In this document: positions 13,795-21,522 of the stretch, piece by piece
Position numbering within the stretch: position 1 is the first letter of the stretch
Layout of the letters: each line of letters opens with the position of its first letter
Assembly: GCA_963675915.1 (NCBI GenBank)
Contig: OY780959.1
Span: 390,001 to 422,000, forward strand
Source: Coprobacillaceae bacterium
GTDB lineage: Bacteria; Bacillota_I; Bacilli_A; Erysipelotrichales; Coprobacillaceae
Direction of reading: 5' to 3'
DNA: 32,000 nt
Notes under the pieces: generated by a model
Seen by the model: only the letters and a program-made list of their open reading frames with translations
The model's database searches: none
Told to the model about the DNA's origin: nothing
Made by a program: the position numbers and the translations under genes

Positions 13795-14949
13795 TTGAGT
13801 ATTGCAATGGTAATTTTAAATCGGCGTGCAGAGCAACTTGTAATCGGAGCCAACAGTATCTATCAGCTTCCTAAAATGCTTGATCATGGCAAAACTAATC
13901 GAATCTTGTTGATTACCACCAAGGGAAGCCTGAAACGGGGATTGTTGACAAATTTAATTTTAGAACTTGAAAATGATGGAATCACAATCACGATTTACAG
14001 TGATATCGCAGCGGAACCGACACTCGAAATTATTGATGAAGCAACACATCTTTATCTCAATCACCACTGCCAGGCAATTGTGGCTATCGGGGGCGGGTCG
14101 GTCCTTGACTGTGCCAAGGGGGTGGGTATCAGGGTGGTCAAACCGGGTATGACTCTAAAACAGATGAGTGGCATCCTCAAAATCAGAAAAAAACTGCCGG
14201 ACATTTATGCCATCCCGACAACCGCAGGAACTGGCTCAGAAGTATCTGGAGTTGCCGTTATCAGTGATGGCAATACCCACTACAAATATACAATCAACGA
14301 CTTATGTTTAGGGCCAAGATATGCGATTTTGGATCCGATGTTGACTATTTCGCTACCGCCATATCTTACAGCGTGCTCGGGGATTGATGCCCTCATTCAC
14401 GCAATCGAGGCTTATACAAATCGTTTTCGGCCTCCAAAGGCTAGACGGCACGCCAAAAAAGCGGTCAAATTAATAGCCGAAAATTTGTCTGAGGCCTACT
14501 ATCATCCCGATAATCTCACAGCCAGGGAAAATATGTTGAGAGCGGCTCATCATGCTGGAATAGCATTTTACAACTCATATGTCGGAAATATTCATGCATT
14601 AGCTCATGGAATCGGGGCTGAATACGGCCTGCCTCATGGTGAAGTGGTTGCGACTATTACCCCGGTTGTTCTGGAGCAGTATGGCAAGAAAGTTGAAAAA
14701 CAGCTTGGAGAACTGGCTGATCTGGTTGGCATTTCGGGAGAGACGGACACTGATAAAAGTGCGAGATTTATCGCTTATTTAAGGGGATTGAACAAACAAT
14801 TTGAGATTTCGGATCACATCGAGGAGCTTGATCAAAACGACTTTTCAAAGATTGCTAGAAAAGCGGTGATTGAGGCAAACCCAACCTATCCGGTGCCGGA
14901 GATTTGGGATGAGGCTCGATTTTGCCAAATCCTGCTGCTTTTACAGTGA
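13795..14949 (+). CDS. iron-containing (group III) alcohol dehydrogenase
   Basis: GGGSVLDCAKG, PTTAGTGSE, HAIEAY and HALAHGIGAEYGLPHG are Fe-ADH motifs. The true start is probably upstream of the track's TTG (see finding on 13738-13809). Confidence 0.85.
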   Translation: MSIAMVILNRRAEQLVIGANSIYQLPKMLDHGKTNRILLITTKGSLKRGLLTNLILELENDGITITIYSDIAAEPTLEIIDEATHLYLNHHCQAIVAIGGGSVLDCAKGVGIRVVKPGMTLKQMSGILKIRKKLPDIYAIPTTAGTGSEVSGVAVISDGNTHYKYTINDLCLGPRYAILDPMLTISLPPYLTACSGIDALIHAIEAYTNRFRPPKARRHAKKAVKLIAENLSEAYYHPDNLTARENMLRAAHHAGIAFYNSYVGNIHALAHGIGAEYGLPHGEVVATITPVVLEQYGKKVEKQLGELADLVGISGETDTDKSARFIAYLRGLNKQFEISDHIEELDQNDFSKIARKAVIEANPTYPVPEIWDEARFCQILLLLQ

Positions 14950-14971
14950 TTAGATCAAAGTAAAATTAAAA

Positions 14972-15004
14972 GGATTGATGCCGGTAAAATACCAAAATCA
15001 ATCC
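14972..15004. terminator. hairpin between convergent genes
   Basis: GGATTGAT (14972-14979) pairs with ATCAATCC (14997-15004) across a 17-nt loop. The T-run is present only on the minus strand. Confidence 0.4.
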
Positions 15005-15096
15005 GATGGATATAATAAATATTAAATTATCTTCAATATTAGGGGTTCACTTCAAATTCAAACGAGGTGTCTCTTGATTGAAATACTGTTATCAAA

Positions 15097-15279
15097 TTAT
15101 TGTTTATCCTTGTTTTTTGCTTGCTTGAGGCGTCTTCTGGTGAAGAATACAATAATGATTCCAGTTCCCCCAAAAATAGCCCCGGGGGTATTATCGAGCA
15201 ACATAACCAGAAAACCAAAGACAATTGACAGGATGCCCATTATATAGATAATCCGATTAAATAGTTTGTTTATTTTCAT
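15097..15279 (-). CDS. 2-TM miniprotein, copy 2
   Basis: MKINKLFNRIIYIMGILSIVFGFLVMLLDNT... is a paralog of 12966-13208. GAAGGAG lies upstream. Confidence 0.65.
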   Translation of the reverse strand: MKINKLFNRIIYIMGILSIVFGFLVMLLDNTPGAIFGGTGIIIVFFTRRRLKQAKNKDKQ

Positions 15280-15294
15280 TGCTCCTTCAAGTGG

Positions 15295-16110
15295 TTAATC
15301 GATAACCGGAAGTAAAAAAGTTTCGGTTTCATTATAGTCTTGATTGAATACAATCATTAGATCAGGTTCATCTTCCAAAGGCGTCGCCGGATTGAACGGG
15401 TAATCAGTGACTGCAAATATTTCGGAAAGAACTCTTAGAATATCCTGGGATATATTTGTCGCTAGAATCTGATAGACCTTGTCGGTAAACGGAACATCAG
15501 TTTGATTGCCCTCGTCTTGATAAAGGGCGAATGCGAACACGATAGGGCGATTGTTTGATTCGAATTCTCCATCATAAATGGTGAACGGCGCATAGATATG
15601 ATTGGAATCAAGATGATATTCGGTTAAATAATAGGTGGTGAGATCTTTCCTGTTTTGGCCCAATATCTGGCCGATTCCCACATAAGTAGGGGCATTGTCC
15701 CAGATGAAATCGAGATTATCAGGGAAGAGCAATGCGGTTGTCGCTTCAACCAGAAGGGGATCGTCGATATAAGTCAAGTGGGATTCATCATCATAAAATG
15801 AGATGAATCGGACTGCTTCATCCTCGATTTTGATATAGAACTCATCGTTGTTATTGGAATTTTCGGCTTTGATCATTAACTCATTATTTAGAACAGTGAC
15901 ATTGAAATCATGATCTCTGATAGTCAGTTGGTAGGAATAGGAATCTGCGCCGATAACATTGTTTTCATACCATTCTTTGTTGTTGTTGATTGCCATCGCC
16001 TTTTCTTCTTCGCTAAGGGGCTTATCATCTTCACTGGAGCATCCAGTCATGGAGATAAGAAGTGCTGAAAGCAGGATGGTCGTGATGATGGCTCTTACTT
16101 TTTTTGTCAT
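15295..16110 (-). CDS. lipoprotein of unknown function
   Basis: Signal peptide with lipobox ISMTGC. The mature part is acidic. A fossil of its last codons recurs at 13230-13283. Confidence 0.8.
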   Translation of the reverse strand: MTKKVRAIITTILLSALLISMTGCSSEDDKPLSEEEKAMAINNNKEWYENNVIGADSYSYQLTIRDHDFNVTVLNNELMIKAENSNNNDEFYIKIEDEAVRFISFYDDESHLTYIDDPLLVEATTALLFPDNLDFIWDNAPTYVGIGQILGQNRKDLTTYYLTEYHLDSNHIYAPFTIYDGEFESNNRPIVFAFALYQDEGNQTDVPFTDKVYQILATNISQDILRVLSEIFAVTDYPFNPATPLEDEPDLMIVFNQDYNETETFLLPVID

Positions 16111-16177
16111 AGTGTACCTCGATCAGGATAGATAATTTGACTAGATATAAATATTTAATGGAAAGGAGGAATTTCTA

Positions 16178-16276
16178 ATGAAGCGAAATTCAATAATTAT
16201 TTCAATCGTATCCGGTTTATTAGTGGTTGGCGCTCTTATTTGTGGACTTTTTTACTGGTTAGATAATCGAAAATAA
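16178..16276 (+). CDS. possible 32-aa single-TM micropeptide
   Basis: MKRNSIIISIVSGLLVVGALICGLFYWLDNRK with an AAAGGAGG RBS about 8 nt upstream. Too short to be in the ORF track. Confidence 0.4.
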   Translation: MKRNSIIISIVSGLLVVGALICGLFYWLDNRK

Positions 16277-16517
16277 TGATGGTTTCAGGGTTTTGTCATA
16301 TTTTGGAACAAATCAAGAAACAAAAAATCTCAATTTGTATATATTATACCATATTCGGGTAAGAGTTCTTTATAATTCCGATAAGTATTCAACTGAAAAA
16401 ATAAAAAAGTCCTGAATTCAATCATAAATGGCAAATGTGCATAGAATGTGAATAAGTTCACCTCAATTCAGGTATGATCTGAAGTCAGCGAATTGGGATA
16501 GCTTGAAAGGAGACCAT

Positions 16518-17233
16518 ATGTTATCGAAAACTCGAATTCTTTATCGGTTTGTCATTATTTTGACAGTTCTACTGGTAGTTATCAATATGACCATTGGTCG
16601 CAGTGATGTTGCCAAAATGGTGATTTTCTCCAGTCGGTTGCTCCTTTTTCTGGCTGTGTTATTCGCCCCGAAGTTTTTTTAGAACAGAAGCTGCTTGGCT
16701 GGGCTTTTGGTCTGACCTTGGTTTCGGATTTCTTCTTTGTCTTTATCAAGATGGAAATCTTCAATCTAAGTTCTGCCCTGTTTGATATCGTGGGAATCGC
16801 CGGTTTTATCGGCGCATATCTACTTTTAATTATCGCCTTTGCCCAAAATTACCACTTCAACAAACTTGATTTGATTGTAGCAATTCCATTTATCATCGGA
16901 TTCGCATTGGTGTTAAGGTCGCTAAGAAGTTACGTTTCCGGGATCTTGTTGATTGAAGCGATCGCTTTGGGAGTTATTCTTTGTCTAACCGCGGTTACTA
17001 TGATCGGGGCAATTTACCGGGGCAGAATCAATCGCCGAAGTGCATTTTTTATGGCTCTGGCGGCGATAATTCTCTATGGTTCCGACATCCTGGTTGCCTA
17101 TTCGATGTTTCATCCAGATTTTCAACAGTTCATTCTCTGGCATCAAAATGCCCTCTGGATTAGTTATATGTTAGGCTGGCTGCTTTTGCTGGCGGTGGTA
17201 AATGACCGCCATTTGCATCGAGCAGTCTCATAG
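16518..17233 (+). pseudogene. YhhN-like membrane protein, copy 2, split by a frameshift in a T7 run
   Basis: ATG 16518 (GAAAGGAGA RBS) reads to TAG 16680-16682 inside TTTTTTT (16674-16680). The adjacent frame continues to 17233 and aligns with copy 1 (YGSDILVAYSMFHPDFQQFILW vs FVCDMFVAFSMFHPEYQRFILW). Confidence 0.7.
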
Positions 17234-17285
17234 ATAAATCCAGTTGGGCTAGATGTTAAAAAATATATACTAAAGGAGAACTATA

Positions 17286-18578
17286 ATGAATGGAAAATTA
17301 CAAAATAAGAAGCATTTTCCTTTGATTTGTGCTGCGCTTGGTACCCTGGGTTTCTTTGGCTATGGACTAATAGCAGGGTTGTTAGGTGATCTTTATCCCC
17401 GAATGGGAATGAATTTGCCATTTTCACTATTTCTGATTCCATTTATGATTACGATAATGCTGATGCTCTTGGGATTTATTACCAGAAAGAATCTGGGCCG
17501 TTTTTTGATTAGCGGTTTTATCTTCTATGTCGTTTTTCTGATCGCATTTCTATTTTTAGGGGCCGACAGTCCTCTGGGGGGATTTCTGGGTATTTACATG
17601 ACGGATTATGCAACAATTATCAGTATGGTGGCAATGCTGGTAGCCGGGGGCAATTTCATCGGGATTTTCCTCTATGGCCGCAAGGCGTGGCCGTTTTTCA
17701 CCCTGATATATTTTACTTTTGGACTTTTGTTTGGCGGGGCGATGTCGCTGTTCCACCACAACAGCGGTTTTTACTTTGTCTTATTGACAACCGCAATTGG
17801 ATCTTCAATCGGAGTATCTCTGGGCCTCTATTCAGATAATCTTAAAAGAGGCAATCGGGGCGATTATCTAAAAAAAGCCCAAAAAGGGAAATACAATAAA
17901 ATTATCTTGGCAGTTATCGCTTTTGGCATTGTCATCGGTTTTGGAGTTTCGAGAATCGATCGAATCCGGATGATTACTCTGGAAAATCCGGATCAGGCCA
18001 TCATTTTCAATAGTCCGGCTTTGGAAACGGCCATCCGGGAATATTATGAGCTGGATCAAGAGGAGATACGGTGGCGCGATATCGGCTATCGAACTGATCT
18101 TATCATCGAAAGTTCCAGCCTGAGCGATGAAATTACTGCTTTGTCCGATCTGCACTGGTTTGTAAATCTTGAAAAGATACAATTATTTGGCCGTAAAATA
18201 AGTGGAAATATCAATGATCTGGATATGCTTAGCAGGTTAACAATGCTAATTATGCCTGAAACCAACGTATCCGGCGATATTGAAGTGCTAATCAGTTGTC
18301 CTGCTCTCGAGGTGATTGATTTAACGGGAACGCTAGTTGAAGGTGATATCGGAGTTTTTGAATATTTTCCCGATTCAAAACTGGAATATCTTAATCTTAG
18401 CCATACCCGGGTCAAGGGCGATATAATCCATTTGGCTTCTTTGGAAAATCTAACCGATCTTGACTTGAATAATTGTGATGTAACGGGGGACATCGACTGT
18501 TTTGAAGGGAATCAAAATTTGAAGATGGTAGATGTATCGAATACCCAGGTAATTGGCAGATGGGCTGAAGCAGAATAA
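17286..18578 (+). CDS. polytopic membrane protein with a C-terminal leucine-rich-repeat domain
   Basis: About 8 hydrophobic segments are followed by ~24-aa repeats (LEVIDLTGTLVEGDI, LEYLNLSHTRVKGDI, LTDLDLNNCDVTGDI, LKMVDVSNTQVIG). AAAGGAGA RBS. Confidence 0.8.
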   Translation: MNGKLQNKKHFPLICAALGTLGFFGYGLIAGLLGDLYPRMGMNLPFSLFLIPFMITIMLMLLGFITRKNLGRFLISGFIFYVVFLIAFLFLGADSPLGGFLGIYMTDYATIISMVAMLVAGGNFIGIFLYGRKAWPFFTLIYFTFGLLFGGAMSLFHHNSGFYFVLLTTAIGSSIGVSLGLYSDNLKRGNRGDYLKKAQKGKYNKIILAVIAFGIVIGFGVSRIDRIRMITLENPDQAIIFNSPALETAIREYYELDQEEIRWRDIGYRTDLIIESSSLSDEITALSDLHWFVNLEKIQLFGRKISGNINDLDMLSRLTMLIMPETNVSGDIEVLISCPALEVIDLTGTLVEGDIGVFEYFPDSKLEYLNLSHTRVKGDIIHLASLENLTDLDLNNCDVTGDIDCFEGNQNLKMVDVSNTQVIGRWAEAE

Positions 18579-18612
18579 TCGAATTAAATTATTGGGAAAG
18601 TAAGGTGGGAAT

Positions 18613-18837
18613 ATGAATTCTACTAAAAAACACTTAATGCGGACTGGCCTGATCTTTGGGGTCGGAGCGGTAACCGGAGTTGTAGTAGCTGCCAATTTCT
18701 TTGGCAAGTACTTTGGTGACGTTGAAATCCTGGGTGGAACCGGTTATATGGCTGCTGCATATATGGGACTGGCGATTGGAGGATCAATCGGAATTGTCCT
18801 AAGTTTGGCTGCCGTGTTGATTCATCGCAAAAGATAA
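18613..18837 (+). CDS. small 2-TM Gly-rich membrane protein
   Basis: AAGGTGGGA RBS. Hydrophobic and glycine-rich, with a basic C-terminus. Confidence 0.6.
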   Translation: MNSTKKHLMRTGLIFGVGAVTGVVVAANFFGKYFGDVEILGGTGYMAAAYMGLAIGGSIGIVLSLAAVLIHRKR

Positions 18838-18941
18838 AAACAAAGAGTTACATATTGCCGAATATCGGAGGATATGTTAAGATAATTTTGTTGAATGTAT
18901 ATTAAATCTATTATCATTTTTTGATCTCAAGAGGAACTGGA

Positions 18942-19151
18942 ATGAAAAAAAAGCTGGCTCTGGTGCATTTGCCGTTTGCAGGATTTATTATCGCTGCAGT
19001 GCTTTTTAGAATCTACGAGATTCCCATGATTATGGACCTGATCCTGATTGGAGCCGTGATGATCTATGGATTTTTCGCTTCTAGAAAAATACGGGAATAC
19101 ATGAATGCTATGGGCAAGAATAATCAAATTCCCATTAATCTTTTTACCTGA
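18942..19151 (+). CDS. small 2-TM membrane protein
   Basis: ATG 18942 (MKKKLALVHL...) has an AGAGGAA RBS. The track ORF begins earlier at 18921. Confidence 0.5.
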   Translation: MKKKLALVHLPFAGFIIAAVLFRIYEIPMIMDLILIGAVMIYGFFASRKIREYMNAMGKNNQIPINLFT

Positions 19152-19214
19152 CTATAATAATCGGGTGCAATCAGTTTGAGTGTTATTAGCCAATCAAACT
19201 GAATAAAGATTAAT

Positions 19215-19274
19215 TCGAACCTGAAAAAAAGACTGTAACGAGGAGAACTCATTACAGTCTTTTTTCAGGTTCGA
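19215..19274. terminator. long bidirectional terminator between convergent genes
   Basis: TCGAACCTGAAAAAAAGACTGTAA pairs with TTACAGTCTTTTTTCAGGTTCGA (about 22 bp, one bulged A), with A/T runs inside the stem. Confidence 0.8.
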
Positions 19275-19288
19275 TGTTTCACCAGATA

Positions 19289-19945
19289 TTATGCTTTGGA
19301 GACACTGACCTTGACAACGTCAGCAATACTTTCATGTTCAACTTCCTTGACATCAAATTTGAGCAGTTTGAAAGTGAACTGCAGCACGAATCCGATTCCA
19401 ATCACGTAAATTGCGGTACCGATTCCGACTTTGGCTCCCAGAATCCACCCAATTACCAGAACTGTTCCTTCAATCAGACCGCGGATCAATCCGATTGGAA
19501 CTTTGGAGAATCTTTTTCCCAGTGCAACCATCAAGGAATCGCGGGGACCGCAGCCCAAAGCTGCTCCCATATAGAAAAAACTGCCGATACAAACAATAAA
19601 TTGCCCCAAAAGCAGCATCAGGATCCCCGATCCCAGATTAGGCATCTTGGGAATAAGGTCAAGATACACAATAAAATCGAAGAATTTCCCAATTAAAATC
19701 GCATTGAGAATTGTTCCGATTCCAATTTTTTCGTTCAACAGGAAGTCCACCACAATAATGATCAGTCCGGTTATTATGACAACATCTCCATATGAAAGAC
19801 CGGTCAAAAACGAGCCCCCCATACTAAAAGCTTCCCAAGGAGCTAGACCGATATTGGCCTGGATGGTTAAAAAAGATCCTAATGCAAACAAAAACAACCC
19901 AAAAACCAATCTAATTATCCTTTTGATATAACTATTCATAACCAA
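19289..19945 (-). CDS. polytopic membrane protein, YczE/YitT-like
   Basis: The N-terminus RLVFGLFLFALGSFLTIQANIGLAPWEAFSMG resembles the YczE-type family as I remember it. AGGGGGA RBS. Starts 12 nt after the XRE-cupin gene. Confidence 0.55.
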   Translation of the reverse strand: MVMNSYIKRIIRLVFGLFLFALGSFLTIQANIGLAPWEAFSMGGSFLTGLSYGDVVIITGLIIIVVDFLLNEKIGIGTILNAILIGKFFDFIVYLDLIPKMPNLGSGILMLLLGQFIVCIGSFFYMGAALGCGPRDSLMVALGKRFSKVPIGLIRGLIEGTVLVIGWILGAKVGIGTAIYVIGIGFVLQFTFKLLKFDVKEVEHESIADVVKVSVSKA

Positions 19946-19957
19946 ATCCCCCTTTTT

Positions 19958-20506
19958 TTATTCATGGTACAGAATCATTACAATATTTACTTCCTCGTCG
20001 GTGGCGTTGAAATAGCGGTGATTGCAGTTGGCGAGAAATTGAATCGCTTCTCCTTCTTGCAAATCGTAGTGTTTATCGCCAATCTCGACACTGAAAACTC
20101 CCTTGGTGCAGATGAGATATTCTCGGATTCCCGCTTCATGGAATTCGGAAGAACGTGATGAATTTGGTGCGATTACGTGACGGAAAATTTCAAATTTCTT
20201 GTCCGGATCGAATTCGAACATGACAAACATCTCGAAACCTTTCCAGGTGGAGAAATGTTTGACGGTGTCATTTCGGGTTACCGATACTTCCGGAGTTTTG
20301 AAATAAGTAAGTTGTGCCAGCGGAATGTTGATCCCGTTACAGATTTTTTCCAAAACCGAAATGGTCGGGCTTTTTGAACAGCGCTCGATTTCGCTAAGCA
20401 TACTCTTGGAAACCCCGCTGAGTTCGGCTAAATCTTCCAAAGTCATATTACGTTCCTGGCGAATTCTTTTAAGATTGATACTGATAATTTCATTGGCGGA
20501 AATCAT
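19958..20506 (-). CDS. XRE-family HTH transcriptional regulator with a C-terminal cupin domain
   Basis: HTH: LKRIRQERNMTLEDLAELSGVSKSMLSEIER. Cupin-like C-terminus: GEAIQFLANCNHRYFN. ATG 20506 has an AAGGAGGG RBS (the track starts at 20578). Confidence 0.85.
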   Translation of the reverse strand: MISANEIISINLKRIRQERNMTLEDLAELSGVSKSMLSEIERCSKSPTISVLEKICNGINIPLAQLTYFKTPEVSVTRNDTVKHFSTWKGFEMFVMFEFDPDKKFEIFRHVIAPNSSRSSEFHEAGIREYLICTKGVFSVEIGDKHYDLQEGEAIQFLANCNHRYFNATDEEVNIVMILYHE

Positions 20507-20847
20507 GGGCCCTCCTTTTTTATAGTAGATTAAGTTTTCTATAGTGAACAAAATATCATGCCCAGTTTGTTTTGTCAATGTTTACTTACTCGAATTGGTA
20601 AAATTTGGTCTTAAGACAGCCTTGAGGGAATTTATGATAATAAAAAACGGAATTTCGCGGTCATTGTCTTGGGCTATCCTGGAATCAAAGGGATAAAAGA
20701 GTTATAATTATGGTAGTTAGTATCACTGTTTTTCAAGTAGCAATGATTTTGGGATTTAGGGAATCGGTCACATTGTAAATCGATAAAGTTAGAAATGATC
20801 CAAACTGGTGCGTTATACCGAGACCCAGATTAAAAGGAGGACCCATT

Positions 20848-21483
20848 ATGGCGTTTGATTATAAAAAAGAATATAAGGAGTATTACCTTCCCAAAAAGAA
20901 GCCGACTCTTGTCGAAATTCCCCCGATGAATTACCTCGCTGTCTATGGCCAAGGGGATCCCAATGAAGAAGGAAGTGAATATCAGGAATCAATTCCGCTC
21001 CTGTACGGGATTGCCTACACTATCAAGATGTCCAAGAAGGGCGATCATCGCATTGATGGCTATTTTGATTTTGTCGTTCCCCCACTCGAAGGGTTCTGGT
21101 GGCAGGAAGGGGTGGACGGTATGGACTACAGTCGCAAGGACAAGTTAAAATTCATTTCAGTTATCAGGTTGCCGGATTTTGTCACCAAGGAGGATTTCGA
21201 ATGGGCGGTAGCTGAAGCAACTGCTAAAAAGAAAATGGATTTTTCCAAGGTTGAGTATTGGAGTTATGAAGAAGGGATGTGCGTCCAGTGCATGCATATT
21301 GGCTCTTATGATGATGAACCGGTAACGGTCGAACTGATGGATGAATTTGCTAAAGCTCAGGGCTATTCGCTAGATATAAATAACGAAAGACGCCACCATG
21401 AAATCTATCTGAGTGATCCCCGTCGGGTCGCCCCGGAAAAACTTAAAACTGTTTTACGCCATCCAATCAAAAAAGTTGACTAA
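20848..21483 (+). CDS. GyrI-like small-molecule-binding domain protein
   Basis: The N-terminus MAFDYKKEYKEYYLPKKKPTLVEIPPMNYLAVYGQGDPN and overall length match the GyrI-like family. AAGGAGGA RBS. Confidence 0.75.
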   Translation: MAFDYKKEYKEYYLPKKKPTLVEIPPMNYLAVYGQGDPNEEGSEYQESIPLLYGIAYTIKMSKKGDHRIDGYFDFVVPPLEGFWWQEGVDGMDYSRKDKLKFISVIRLPDFVTKEDFEWAVAEATAKKKMDFSKVEYWSYEEGMCVQCMHIGSYDDEPVTVELMDEFAKAQGYSLDINNERRHHEIYLSDPRRVAPEKLKTVLRHPIKKVD

Positions 21484-21522
21484 TAGCTGGAAAGCATATA
21501 AAGAAAGTTAAGGTGAATTCAA

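Noticed and set aside
16408-16480. CCTGAATT / AATTCAGG hairpin with a ~50-nt loop upstream of the YhhN-like pseudogene
   Set aside because: The U-run is only on the minus strand, where no gene is positioned to be terminated. The loop is too large for a canonical terminator, and I recognised no riboswitch-like conservation.
16674-16682. Programmed -1 ribosomal frameshift on T TTT TTT AG joining the two YhhN-like ORF halves
   Set aside because: It is geometrically possible, since a -1 slip at TTT-TAG reads TTT-TTA. However, I saw no downstream stimulatory structure, and the intact paralog needs no frameshift. Homopolymer indel or sequencing error is more parsimonious.
19274-19931. Plus-strand ORFs (62-140 aa) opposite the YczE-like gene
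   Set aside because: They are antisense shadows. The minus-strand protein is coherent and hydrophobic with an RBS, while the plus-strand translations are Ser/Asn/Gln-rich with no start context.
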